Origin: an uncultured Actinomycetota bacterium | Lineage (GTDB): Bacteria; Actinomycetota; Actinomycetes; Mycobacteriales; Mycobacteriaceae | Direction of reading: 5' to 3' | DNA length: 64,000 bases | Assembly: GCA_963833935.1 (NCBI GenBank) | Contig: CAWIAC010000020.1 | Location: 18,607 to 82,606 of the forward strand | Part shown: positions 40,876 to 51,394 of the stretch, piece by piece | Position numbering within the stretch: the stretch's first letter is position 1 | How the letters are laid out: every line of letters starts with the position of its first letter | Made by a program: the position numbers and the translations under genes | The notes under the pieces: generated by a model | Databases searched by the model: none | The model's input: only the letters and a program-made list of their open reading frames with translations | What the model was told of the DNA's origin: nothing

Positions 40876-43515
40876 TCATCGTGGTTGTCTGGCGGGGAGG
40901 TCGTGAGAGCTTTCTGGCGCTTCTTGCATGCAAACCACTGAGGGACTCGCTTTGCCCCGCGGCATTCCCACGAGGCGCCCTGCGCCTGTCGATGTCCTCG
41001 CTTTACTAAGCGACTCGAGCATCATCCGCGCGAGCTGCTCCACATGGGGCGAATTGAGCAGGGTGACATGGTCGCCGGCAAGACGATGCACCGTCAGCGT
41101 TCCTCGGTGAAATTCGTCCCAACCCAATTGATCTACCTCCAGATAGGTTGCCGAGCCCTCCGTCACGAAGAGGTGCATCGCCACCTCATGTCCGGGCTGC
41201 TGATAGCGGCATGCGATCTCCGCGGCCCCGTGATAGTCGAAGTCGGTCTGTGGCTGCACTGCGCCGGGGCCACGCCGAACGATTCGGAGTGCGACTTCGG
41301 CGTACTTGGCCCATCGCTCACGCGCCGGCCGTCGGCGTAAGCGGTGAATCCGCCATCGCAGCGACAGCTGCGCCTGCAGCAGCTGCTTCATTGATGGTGC
41401 CAAAGAATCGAGAAGGCCCAGCCATTCGACTTGCTGGCCGGCATCGACAGCCTGACGGGCAACTTCGTAGGCTACGAGTCCCCCGAACGAGTAGCCGACC
41501 AGCGTAAGCGGACCATCCGGCTGCCGTTTGCGGATCGTCGAAAGGGCTTGGCTGGCATGCTGTTCGATGGTCACGGATAGGTCGTACCGCCCGCCCGGCT
41601 GTTCGGGGATCAGCGCGTGCAACGGCTGCGCGGCACCCCATTGCGCCGTAAAGTGTCGCAGGCTCATCGCCGTCGAAAGGTCGGAGAAGATGAAATGCAG
41701 CGGCGGGCCGGACGTGACTTCGTTGGTCCTGCTGGGGCTTTCGGCACCGATTAACTCGGCAAGTTCTGCAACGGTCCTGCCGTTGTCGAGGAACTCCGCA
41801 AGCGACAGCGGGACGCCGAATGTTTGCTGAATTTTGGAGATCAGTCGGGCCGCCAGCAGCGAATGGCCGCCCATATCAAAGAAGTCGGAGTAGACGTCGG
41901 TGACGGGCACGCGCAGCACGTGAGCCCACAGTTCCGCGACGCGTCTTTCCATACCGTTACGAGGACGCTGATCCCCGGGGTGCCGGGCTCCCTGCAGCGC
42001 CGGCGCGGGCAGTGCAGCCTTATCGAGTTTCCCGTTTGCGGTCATCGGGAACGCGCTCAGATGCACGAACGCGCTGGGGACCATATATTCGGGCAGCCGG
42101 CGGCGTAGCCAACCACGCGCCTCGGCGTCGCTCGGGCACCCCGGCTCGGCGACGACATACGCGACCAACTGATGTTCGCCGTTGGGAGCCTCACGAGCGA
42201 CCACAGCACAAGAGCCCACGTCTGGATGCTCGGCCAGCGTTGATGCGATCTCGCCCGGCTCGACGCGAATCCCACGGATCTTCACCTGGTCGTCGTAGCG
42301 GCCCAGGTATTGCATTCGGCCATCGGGCAGAAACCTGCCACGATCGCCGGTCCGATAGATCCGCCCGCCGACATGGAATGGATCGACCCCGAACCGGCGC
42401 GCTTGCTCGTCAGGTCGATTGAGATAGCCGCGAGCTACACCGACGCCGCCGATGACGATCTCCCCGGGAACTCCGACCGGTTGGGGTCGCCCGCGGGCGT
42501 CGGTGATGTATGCGCGCACGTTCGGCAAGGGCCTGCCCACCGTAACGGTTTCTCCCTTGGCCAGCCGCGAGAAGTGGGTGCCTATCGTGGCCTCGGTGGG
42601 GCCATAGCCGTTCCAGACCGCCCGGCACCGTTGCAGCAGTGATTCGGCGAGCGCGTCGGTCAACGTTTCGCCGACAGACACCGCCAGTAGATGAGGGTCG
42701 CCGTTCCAGCCGACGGCGATAAGCGCCTCCAAAAGGGTCGGTGTGGTCATCATGTAGGTCGCACCGGTGCCGGCGATCAGCCCGCTCAGCGCTTCAGGAT
42801 TCGTCGCCTGCTCGACGGTCGCAAGCACAAGTCGTGCCCCGCATGCCAGCGCAGAGAAGATGTCGGCGAGCGCGGCGTCGAAGCTGATGGAGGACAGCGA
42901 CAGCACAGTGTCGGAAGCGGTAACGCCGAACTCGCCAAACATGGTCAGCATCACGTTCGCCAGGCCGCGGTGTTCGACGAGCACCCCCTTGGGGCGGCCG
43001 GTGGAGCCCGACGTGTAGATGACATACGCGAGGTCGTCGTGGGACACCGTAACTGGCGGATTGAACTCCACTGCTGGGTGTGCCGGCAACGGATCGTTGA
43101 GATTGATCACGTCAGCCGTGACCGTCTCTCCGCCCGTCGGCAGATGACGATCGGTGAGAATAATGGCAGCGCTGGCGTCGTTAATGCTTGAGGTGTTGCG
43201 AGCGGCCGGCTGGCGGGGATCCAGCGCCAGAAACAACGCGCCGGACTTGAGAATTCCGAGAAGTGCCGCCACCAGATCGGGCTTACGGTCGAGCAGGACG
43301 GCCACCACCACGCCGGTCCCGACGCCCGCAGCCCGCAGTTGCGCGGCAATCTCCTCGGCGCGGTCATCGAGTTGGCGATAGGTCAGTGCCTCATCGCCGA
43401 CCTGTACGGCCACCGAATCGGGCGTTCGTTCGGTCTGCGCCCGGATTATGTCATGGGCGCACTGTGACGAAACACCTTGTGGCGCTGCAGGGTTGCTGTT
43501 CAGGATAGCGCTCAT
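40876..43515 (-). CDS. Stand-alone monomodular NRPS: adenylation-thiolation-thioesterase
   Basis: A domain: YTSGSTGRPKG, SFD, YGPTE, YRTGD, QVKIRG.R.EPGEI, NGK. PCP: FFDMGGHSL. TE: GYSFGG, LDS, GDH. No C domain. Confidence 0.92.
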   Translation of the reverse strand: MSAILNSNPAAPQGVSSQCAHDIIRAQTERTPDSVAVQVGDEALTYRQLDDRAEEIAAQLRAAGVGTGVVVAVLLDRKPDLVAALLGILKSGALFLALDPRQPAARNTSSINDASAAIILTDRHLPTGGETVTADVINLNDPLPAHPAVEFNPPVTVSHDDLAYVIYTSGSTGRPKGVLVEHRGLANVMLTMFGEFGVTASDTVLSLSSISFDAALADIFSALACGARLVLATVEQATNPEALSGLIAGTGATYMMTTPTLLEALIAVGWNGDPHLLAVSVGETLTDALAESLLQRCRAVWNGYGPTEATIGTHFSRLAKGETVTVGRPLPNVRAYITDARGRPQPVGVPGEIVIGGVGVARGYLNRPDEQARRFGVDPFHVGGRIYRTGDRGRFLPDGRMQYLGRYDDQVKIRGIRVEPGEIASTLAEHPDVGSCAVVAREAPNGEHQLVAYVVAEPGCPSDAEARGWLRRRLPEYMVPSAFVHLSAFPMTANGKLDKAALPAPALQGARHPGDQRPRNGMERRVAELWAHVLRVPVTDVYSDFFDMGGHSLLAARLISKIQQTFGVPLSLAEFLDNGRTVAELAELIGAESPSRTNEVTSGPPLHFIFSDLSTAMSLRHFTAQWGAAQPLHALIPEQPGGRYDLSVTIEQHASQALSTIRKRQPDGPLTLVGYSFGGLVAYEVARQAVDAGQQVEWLGLLDSLAPSMKQLLQAQLSLRWRIHRLRRRPARERWAKYAEVALRIVRRGPGAVQPQTDFDYHGAAEIACRYQQPGHEVAMHLFVTEGSATYLEVDQLGWDEFHRGTLTVHRLAGDHVTLLNSPHVEQLARMMLESLSKARTSTGAGRLVGMPRGKASPSVVCMQEAPESSHDLPARQPR

Positions 43516-44057
43516 GTGCCGTCACCATGTCCAACCATCAAAGACGGCTCCGCCCTCCTGAAGCCACCCTTCAGCCGTTGGGAGCACTCTTCTGTTCTTC
43601 GAGGCACTTTGAATGTCTCCTTCCCTCAGGCCGTATCTGATGATGACGGTGTGCGACCTCAACGATTGGCCCCCACCGCACACGACTCCGGGCTTATATA
43701 CCGAGGATATACTCAAAAGGTAGCTTACATACCTTTAGGCGGCAATAAAAGCCAGAAACCAACTTTGAGTCTGTACTCGCAAGCCCCGGTACAAAAGGAC
43801 CGCACGTTCGGATCAGGCAGCTCGTCAAGGAGATATCCAGCCGAGTTCCGGAAGCCGCAGGGTGCGTACGGTTGCCGCGATCAGCGCGAGTCGGAGTGGG
43901 CGGCGATGGGCCGGGTTAGCTCGCTGCCCGGTGTCTGCACGCCGAAATGGGCCGTCACCTGGGGTTTCGCCCCACCATAGGAAGCCGCTAACCGCACTGA
44001 TCGGCGTTCTTGGACAGGCCAAGCGCGGTCGACTGTGTTATCACAGTGATCTGATCT

Positions 44058-44354
44058 TTACTCTGGTGCCTTAGGGAAAGCTGTAGCGCTCTGATCCTTA
44101 TTCATTCGTCCGACAGCACTCTTCTCCAGAAAGGTGCGTCCATCTCTTTGGTGACGACCAACGCTTTCATCACGAAGAGTCGCGATGGAGGCGTTGATCC
44201 GGTGGGTCTGTGATCGCCACGTCGAAACCAAGAAACATGCCAAGCCAATCAGGAAGATGGTGGCTAACACCTCTAACTTGACACCAAGCCACACCGCCGC
44301 AGCTGCCGTACAGATGGCGGCGAGTTGCAAAGCTACGCGAATCATCTGCGACAT
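44058..44354 (-). CDS. Small membrane protein (2 TM), hypothetical
   Basis: Two hydrophobic segments followed by a charged tail. Start uncertain. Confidence 0.4.
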   Translation of the reverse strand: MSQMIRVALQLAAICTAAAAVWLGVKLEVLATIFLIGLACFLVSTWRSQTHRINASIATLRDESVGRHQRDGRTFLEKSAVGRMNKDQSATAFPKAPE

Positions 44355-44569
44355 GTGCAACGAGGAATCGGTCCGCAGCGGCTTCCGAGGTGGCGTGCGG
44401 AACGGCAAGCCCCTTGTGCCTGACGAGTCATAGGCTCCTGCTTACCCAGATGAGTCTGTCAGCGGTCTTGTTTCCACGCGGTGAGCAAAGCGCTGAAGTT
44501 TGCGTGGGTCCGCTCCGGTAGTGATGAACGATAGGACGGAAGACACTGTAACGATACTAGAGTGGGGCG

Positions 44570-45190
44570 GTGCCAGTATTGGGACCACGCTGGGCCACCT
44601 TTGCACAGCTTGCTTCTTGTCGTGGTGCGCGCAATCTTTGCCGTTCGCGGGAAAATCCGCGACCCCGGCGTCTTGTTCGGCGATGCCTTATGGCGCTATG
44701 CGTGCTACTGATCGCAGCCGTGGTGGCAGGACTGCCTGTTTACGTGCGACCGCAGATCGATCCGCTGCGCCACGCTGACGCGATCCTCGTCCTCGGTGGG
44801 GTCCCTTATGATCGGTATCCGTTTGGAATAGCACTCGGCGAACAGGGCTGGGCTCCAATCGTTGTCCTATCAGTAGACCGGTGGCGGATGCAGCTTTGTG
44901 CGACGCCGCACCCACACCTCAAGTTGCGTTGCTTCATCGCCGACCCGCCAACCACCAAAGGGGAAGCGCAGGAACTGCACCGTCTGGCGGTGACTTACGG
45001 TTGGCACACGGTCATCGTGGTCACGTTCCGTCCGCATGTCTCCCGCGCCCGATTCATCCTCGATCGATGCTTCGATGGCAACCTGGTTATGGTCGAGAGT
45101 CCACAACACCTATCTGTGCTCGAGTGGGCTTTCGAATACGTCTACCAGACCGCTGGTTACGCGCGTGCGGTGCTCGAAACCGCTTGTTGA
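44570..45190 (+). CDS. YdcF/DUF218-like membrane-anchored protein
   Basis: TM segment, ADAILVLGG, TTKGEA, VVTFRPHVSRA and E..YQ motifs. Confidence 0.75.
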   Translation: MPVLGPRWATFAQLASCRGARNLCRSRENPRPRRLVRRCLMALCVLLIAAVVAGLPVYVRPQIDPLRHADAILVLGGVPYDRYPFGIALGEQGWAPIVVLSVDRWRMQLCATPHPHLKLRCFIADPPTTKGEAQELHRLAVTYGWHTVIVVTFRPHVSRARFILDRCFDGNLVMVESPQHLSVLEWAFEYVYQTAGYARAVLETAC

Positions 45191-45337
45191 CAGCTATTTC
45201 CCGTGCTGCCACGGGTCCACTAATTGTCTCCGGTGATCGTTGGGGCGTCCAGCCTACCCGTGTCTCCATTTAGGCGGCACATCAACTCCGCGCCGGTCCG
45301 ACTTGGCGACATCGTCGGCACCTGGCAGGCTCTGTTC

Positions 45338-46249
45338 ATGCGGGGAATCATCCTTGCGGGCGGAGCTGGCTCTCGACTGCATCCAATCACAGTGGGCACC
45401 AGCAAGCAGTTGCTGCCCGTTTTTGACAAGCCGATGATCTACTATCCCCTGTCGACGCTCATACTTGCGGGTATTCGCGATGTCTTGGTCATCACCACGC
45501 CGACCGATGCCGAGGCATTTTGCAGGTTGCTGGACGATGGTTCTCAGTTCGGTATCTCCATCAGCTATGCGGTTCAACCGAGTCCAGACGGGCTCGCGCG
45601 CGCGTTCACGATCGGCAGAGCCCACATCGGTAGCGACTGCGTAGCACTCGTATTGGGTGACAACATCTTCTACGGGGCCGGCCTGGGAACACGACTCGGC
45701 CGGTTCAGTGAGATCCACGGAGGCGGAATTTTCGCCTACCAGGTATCCGATCCGACGGCGTATGGTGTCGTCGAGTTCGATGCCCACGGCCGCGCGATTT
45801 CTCTCGAGGAGAAGCCAAAGCGCCCCCGATCACAGTACGCAGTGCCCGGTCTGTACTTCTATGACAACGATGTGGTCGACATTGCAGCCTCGCTACGGCC
45901 CTCCGATCGCGGCGAGTACGAGATCACCGATGTCAACCGGGCGTACCTCGATCGCGGCAATTTGTCGGTAGAAGTTCTGCCCCGCGGGACCGCCTGGCTT
46001 GACACCGGGACCTTCGATTCGCTACTCGACGCCGGGAACTATGTCCGCACTATCGAACAGCGTCAAGGCCTGAAGATCGGTGTGCCAGAGGAGGTTGCTT
46101 GGCGACGCGGGTTCATCAGCGACGACCAACTACGGCAACGAGCCGAACGCCTGATCAAGTCTGGATACGGCGGCTACCTGCTCGAACTTCTTGGCGGCGA
46201 GCAGGAACCGCCCAATCCCACCAGTGCCAGCATTGCGGGCGCAGGGTAG
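45338..46249 (+). CDS. rmlA: Glucose-1-phosphate thymidylyltransferase
   Basis: [47 protein letters not shown] and WLDTGT motifs. Confidence 0.95.
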   Translation: MRGIILAGGAGSRLHPITVGTSKQLLPVFDKPMIYYPLSTLILAGIRDVLVITTPTDAEAFCRLLDDGSQFGISISYAVQPSPDGLARAFTIGRAHIGSDCVALVLGDNIFYGAGLGTRLGRFSEIHGGGIFAYQVSDPTAYGVVEFDAHGRAISLEEKPKRPRSQYAVPGLYFYDNDVVDIAASLRPSDRGEYEITDVNRAYLDRGNLSVEVLPRGTAWLDTGTFDSLLDAGNYVRTIEQRQGLKIGVPEEVAWRRGFISDDQLRQRAERLIKSGYGGYLLELLGGEQEPPNPTSASIAGAG

Positions 46250-46440
46250 AACCGGGCGCAGATCGGCGCCGTCGTGGCCGGAAAAGCCGCAGATAAGCGT
46301 TCTCATGCCGCAACGCTGAATTCTGCGCTCACAGCGGCTCCCCGCCTGGCATCCTGATCCGAGGGCATTAGCTCGACAGTTGCCGTGGTCGCCGACCCGT
46401 ATGAGCGATAATGGCGTGTTCCCGCTGAATGAGTCCAAAC

Positions 46441-47707
46441 AGATCTGTACCCGTGCTGTAGGTCCACCGTTGTGAGAGTTGAGGGCAGAGTGATCATCAG
46501 GAGGTCACATGCCCCGTATGTATTCGGCGACGGTGCGCCGGCAAATCGTTTCCCGGCTGCGATCGGGAGAAGCGGTCGCCGCGGTTGCGGCCGAGACGGG
46601 CATCTGTCGGGCCACCCTGTTTCGGTGGAAGCGCCAAGCGTTGATCGACGCCGGCGTTATCGAGGGCACCCCGAGCGTGGAGGCCGACGAGCTGGCTGCG
46701 GCCCATAAACGTATCGCGCAGCTTGAGGCTGAGCTCGCGTTGACCCGGGATGCGTGCGAGTTGTTCAACGCTGAGGCGGTGGTGCCCCCAAAACGCCGAC
46801 GCGCGATCGTTGAAGGACTGATCGCGCGGGGACATTCAGCCCGATCGGCCTGTCGGATATCGGGATTGGCGCGATCTCTGCTGCAGTACTATCGCAGAAG
46901 GCCGGTGCGTGATCGCCAGATCCGCCGGCTGATCGTGGCCGACACGATCACTGAGATCCACCAACGCTCCCGCGGCACCTATGGTGGTCGGCGCATCCGG
47001 GCAGCCCTGCTGGCCGACTACGACATGAACGTCAACTTCAAGCTAGTGCGCTCGATCATGGGCGAACACGGCCTCTACGGGCTGCCGCACTCACCGCGGC
47101 GCCTGCCGAACCTGATTTCGGGTCAACACTCCCGACAACCTGGTGAACCGGCAATTCACCGCAGCGCGCCCCAACGAACTCTGGTGCACCGACATCACCG
47201 AACACCCGGCCCGCGACGGGAAGGTCTACTGCTGCGCCATCTTGGACCGCTTCTCACGGATGATCGTGGCCCGCACATTCTCCACGACACCTGACACTGC
47301 GCTGGTCAACAATGCGGTCAACATGGCCGTGACCAACAGAAACCGTTGTGGCTCAACCATCGTGCACGCCGACCACGGCACGCAATTCACATCCTGGAGC
47401 TTCGGTGAGAACGTCCGCCGCTGGGGGCTGCTCGCCTCCTTCGGCACCGTCGGCGACTGCTATGACAACGCCGCCATGGAATCCTTTTGGGCCCGGCTGC
47501 AAGTCGAGCTCCTCAACACCCGCAAATGGGCGACCACCCTGGAACTCGCCGCTGCCATGGCCGACTACATCGATAACTTCTACAACACCGAACGCCGCAC
47601 AGTTACCTCGGTAACATCAGCCCAACAGAGTACGAGACGCTCTGGACATCCACCTATTCCATCCCTCAACTCGCATAACCACGGCTCAAAACGACGGGGA
47701 CAGATCA
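46441..47707 (+). mobile_element. IS3-family insertion sequence, defective
   Basis: Imperfect terminal IRs of about 45 bp (AGATCTGTACCCGT...GAGTTGAGGG and CCCTCAACTC...ACGGGGACAGATCA). HTH OrfA and DDE OrfB motifs WCTDIT, HADHGTQF and DNAAMESF. Confidence 0.88.
46509..47680 (+). pseudogene. IS3-family transposase with frameshifts near 47120-47140 and near 47598
   Basis: Reading switches between ORFs 46509..47294 and 47143..47748. The expected RRHSYLGNISP.EYE C-terminus lies in another frame. Confidence 0.8.
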
Positions 47708-47849
47708 GTGGACTCAGTAACGGGGACTCGCCAATAACGGTAAGGTGACTGAGTGCTTGTCAAGGACGAGGGTTACCTTCGTCCTTGGCAACTGACAGTT
47801 GCCCTGACCCGGCCTGTGGCGGGTGCGCGACGGCGAGAATAGGATAAAC

Positions 47850-48803
47850 ATGGGAGTCTTCAGCCCATTCAGTATTTGGACAGAACTTCCGAAGCGCGTT
47901 CTGAAGCGCGGTTGGGCCAGGCAGCGCACTCTCATCGGCCGGGAGTTGTCTTGGCGGGTGCGAGATCTCGAATCGATTAACCGGTTCTCTGACGTAGAAT
48001 TCTCGGTGTTTAGCCAGTTCGGAGACGACGGCATCATCCAATGGCTCATTCACCGCCTTCCGGGCCTCGATGAGACGTTCATAGAGTTCGGTGTCGAGGA
48101 CTACCAGGAGGCCAACACCAGATTCCTAGTCTTGAACGACAACTGGCGCGGCCTGGTCATGGACAGCTCCAGTCGGAACATCAATGCCATTAGGCGTGAT
48201 CCGATCTCGCTGAACCACGATCTTCAGAGCGAATACGCATTAGTGACCGCCGAAAACATCGACCGATTGCTGTTGGACCACGGGTTTGAAGGTGATATCG
48301 GACTTCTGCATATCGACATTGACGGCAACGACTATTGGGTGTGGCGTGCACTAACAGCGGTACGTCCCGCGATCGTTATCATGGAATACAACAGTGTATT
48401 TGGAGCGGAGCGGGCGATCACGATCCCCTACGACCCGACGTTCATGCGACGCCGACGGGTCACGCCTAACGGCTTGCCGGGTTCGCACACCCTCAGTAAA
48501 GGGGGACGCATCAGCAATCTGTACTTTGGCGCTTCCCTGCTCGCTCTCTGCGACCTGGCCAACTCCAAAGGATACGACTTCGTCGGCAGCAATAGCGCGG
48601 GCAACAACGCCTACTTCATCCGATCCGAACTGCACCACGGCCTCAAGCCGCTCACTGCCGCGGAAGGCTACGTGGTCTCCAAGTTCGCGGAATCCACGGA
48701 TAGCAAGGGCCGACTGAACTACCTCCGCGGCGAACAGCGGCTGGCTTCCCTGCGAGGACTGCCGGTGGTCAACACGCGGACGGGCGGCGACGAGGAGCTC
48801 TGA
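47850..48803 (+). CDS. Hypothetical protein, SAM-methyltransferase-like, typical of polysaccharide loci
   Basis: SQFGDDGII, FIEFGV, IDIDGNDYW, EYN and GASL motifs. Confidence 0.6.
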   Translation: MGVFSPFSIWTELPKRVLKRGWARQRTLIGRELSWRVRDLESINRFSDVEFSVFSQFGDDGIIQWLIHRLPGLDETFIEFGVEDYQEANTRFLVLNDNWRGLVMDSSSRNINAIRRDPISLNHDLQSEYALVTAENIDRLLLDHGFEGDIGLLHIDIDGNDYWVWRALTAVRPAIVIMEYNSVFGAERAITIPYDPTFMRRRRVTPNGLPGSHTLSKGGRISNLYFGASLLALCDLANSKGYDFVGSNSAGNNAYFIRSELHHGLKPLTAAEGYVVSKFAESTDSKGRLNYLRGEQRLASLRGLPVVNTRTGGDEEL

Positions 48804-48915
48804 GCCGAACTCTCAAACGCGTCTAGCCACCGGTAGTTGCGCCGGCTCCAGGACCACTTTGCACTTGTCAGTGCGCCTGCAGTCTGGTCGGCGGTTGGTT
48901 CGAGGGCAGGGCTGG

Positions 48916-49298
48916 TCATGCCAGGACGGCGGTGTCAAAGATGCCGTCGATTCGGGCGACTTTGGGGCCGTGGAATTGGATGTGGTCTATGCCGCGCCAG
49001 GTGCGAAATCTGCCGTTGACAGTTCCGGATGCCTCCCATCGAATGAACACTTCATCGTTGGTCACGGCATGGCTGACGGTCTTGAGTGACATGTCGGGAA
49101 TGAGCACGGTGGTGGTGTGACGCAACAGGGCCGGGTAATCGCTGCCATTTACCTCGGGTAGCCCGGACCACGACGCAGCAGCGTCATCGGCGAGGATTCT
49201 GCTACCGGTTGAGGATCTTTTGTACGCCAAAACCTTTGGAAAATATCAACATAGCGCGCAGGCCCCTGTTCGCTTAGCGTCGTTTCGATCGCGCCCAT
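48916..49298 (-). pseudogene. SnoaL/NTF2-like protein, 1-nt frameshift near 49197
   Basis: MGAIETT...FQRFWRTKDPQPVAE continues as ILADDA...IRWEASG...GIDH only if one A is restored. GGAGAGG RBS. Confidence 0.6.
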
Positions 49299-49312
49299 CG
49301 CCCTCTCCCACA

Positions 49313-49372
49313 CTTACCTACTTCGGGTATGTATCTCACGCTATCAGACGTTGCATACTCTCGGTAGGTAAA
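49313..49372. promoter_or_regulatory. Paired operator-like sites between the divergent SnoaL and TetR genes
   Basis: TTACCTAC-N5-GTATG occurs once in each orientation. Confidence 0.55.
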
Positions 49373-49381
49373 GTTTGACTC

Positions 49382-49981
49382 GTGACTAGGACACAGCGTG
49401 AGCGTTCGGAGGCGACGATCGCTCGCCTGTTGGGAGCCGCTCGCGAGTTGTTTATTCACGACGGGTATGAGGCCACGTCGCTCGACGACATCGCCGCGGC
49501 CGCGAAGGCAACCAAAGGTGCGCTCTATCACCACTTCTCGAGCAAGCAGGCGGTGTTCCGTGACGTCTACGAACGTGAGCAGCGCACCATTGTGGATACA
49601 ATCTCGCGAGCCTATACACGGGAGCACGACCCATGGTCCGGATTCCGGGCCGGCGTCCAAGCAGCACTGGCAATTTCCTGCCGGTCTGATGTACAACGAA
49701 TCACTCTGCTAGATGCCCCGGGTGCAATCGGGTGGCCGGCGATGCGCGAGATCGAGGACCACTACACGATGCGGACGCTTGAGCAGGGTCTGCAACGACT
49801 CGTTGACGATGGCTGGATAGATCCGCGGCCGGTATCAACGCTTGCCCGCCTGCTCTTCGGGGGGATCTGCGAGCTGGCCATGGGGGTCGCTCATTCCAGT
49901 CACCCGCGGAAAGATAGAGTCGAGGCTGCAGCCGAACTCAACCGCATGCTCGACGCCCTCGCAGCGCGCAGAGCGGACTGA
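49382..49981 (+). CDS. TetR-family regulator
   Basis: RSEATIARLL...GYEATSLDDIA...TKGALYHHF HTH. Confidence 0.9.
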   Translation: MTRTQRERSEATIARLLGAARELFIHDGYEATSLDDIAAAAKATKGALYHHFSSKQAVFRDVYEREQRTIVDTISRAYTREHDPWSGFRAGVQAALAISCRSDVQRITLLDAPGAIGWPAMREIEDHYTMRTLEQGLQRLVDDGWIDPRPVSTLARLLFGGICELAMGVAHSSHPRKDRVEAAAELNRMLDALAARRAD

Positions 49982-50140
49982 CCTCGGCGACCTGAACTTC
50001 GGCGCGGGTAGGCCGCATAGCTTTTTGAGCCCGCGAAGGATCTTGAAGAACGGTGCGCTCGATGCCACGCTTTTCCAGAGTGTCGGCAGCTGTAAGGTTT
50101 TAGCCTCAGATTGCTCGAGAGACGCCGACGCCGGCTAAGA

Positions 50141-51394
50141 CTAGCTCGGCGTCACTTCCGCTCTCGAACGCTGATCCGAATGCGGCTTGGACCGCAGCGT
50201 GTACTGACGTATTGCAGGGGCGATGGCAAGTGGCCCGATCGCCAGTCCGAACGGCACCCATTCGACGGATCTGAGCCCATACGCCAACGCCGCAACAAGC
50301 GTCAGAGAGAGGATTGCGCTGGCGACCAGCGCCACAAGTACGGCCGCCTGCATCCCGCGAGCGGCGGCCAGGAGGCTATATGGTGTGGCCGCTGCAACAC
50401 TAAGCGTGTAGACCAGCCATCCAACGACAGTGAACGCTGAGATGTTATGGCCCGTTATGAGGGCCCCGACCGGCCGAATTGCGACCACCGCGAGAATGCC
50501 GAAGACCACGGTGATCAGCATTAGGGCGAACGCTTCTTTGTCCGCTGACCGCACCGCGGCATGCATCGGTTGCGCCCTAGATATCGCGTAGTTGGCAAAC
50601 AGGAACCCGCCCAATCCCACCAATACCAACATTGCGGGCGCTGTGTAGATCCGGGCAGCCTCCAGCCCGCCAGCTGCGGCGAGACCGACTGCTCCGATGA
50701 CAGTAACTCTCATAAGCGCCAACACAGACGGTTGGACGGCCTGTTGCAGGCCGCGCCACAAGCCATACGCGGCGACCGCCCGGTACTGAGCGGGAAACGG
50801 TCTGGCCAGCCACCTTTCCTCTGCGGGGAGGAGGCAGATTCCTACGGCGACGGCCGAGAGTTGGCCGACCATGAGCGCAAGGAACAACCAGGCCAGGGTG
50901 ACCGTGGGCGCGAACGCAAGTACCGTGAGCATCACGAGCAGGCTGGTGGTATCCATGGCGGTCATTCGCCAGAACATCAGTGTCGCCATGAGCAGTATTC
51001 GCAGCGCGATCTCGATCAGGAAAACGAACGTCGCTCCTCCGAATGCAAGCGCGGCGCGAAAATCGACGAAGCCGGTCGCCAACGGGGCGAGGAAACAAGC
51101 TGCTGCGCAGAGCGCTGAGATGAGAAGCAACCAGTTCTGCAGCGCCGCCCGCACCGCTGGTTCGTGCCGGTCAAGGACCATCGTGGAATCACCGACGAAT
51201 CCCGAGATTATGCCGGTAGCCCACACCAACGTGCCGTATAGCAAGCCAAACTCAGCTAAGCCGGCGACTCCGAGGCTTCGCGCGGCCAGGATTTGCAACG
51301 CGAACCCGCCGGCGGCGGTCGCTCCTTGCGCAGCTATCGCCGCGATGCCACCGCTGCGCTTCGTCCTTCGTCTCGGCGCGAAGCGTCGGCCCAT
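50141..51394 (-). CDS. Polysaccharide flippase (Wzx-like), about 12 TM
   Basis: Polytopic membrane protein with an LAARSLG...FG pattern, in a GT cluster. Start uncertain. Confidence 0.65.
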   Translation of the reverse strand: MGRRFAPRRRTKRSGGIAAIAAQGATAAGGFALQILAARSLGVAGLAEFGLLYGTLVWATGIISGFVGDSTMVLDRHEPAVRAALQNWLLLISALCAAACFLAPLATGFVDFRAALAFGGATFVFLIEIALRILLMATLMFWRMTAMDTTSLLVMLTVLAFAPTVTLAWLFLALMVGQLSAVAVGICLLPAEERWLARPFPAQYRAVAAYGLWRGLQQAVQPSVLALMRVTVIGAVGLAAAGGLEAARIYTAPAMLVLVGLGGFLFANYAISRAQPMHAAVRSADKEAFALMLITVVFGILAVVAIRPVGALITGHNISAFTVVGWLVYTLSVAAATPYSLLAAARGMQAAVLVALVASAILSLTLVAALAYGLRSVEWVPFGLAIGPLAIAPAIRQYTLRSKPHSDQRSRAEVTPS

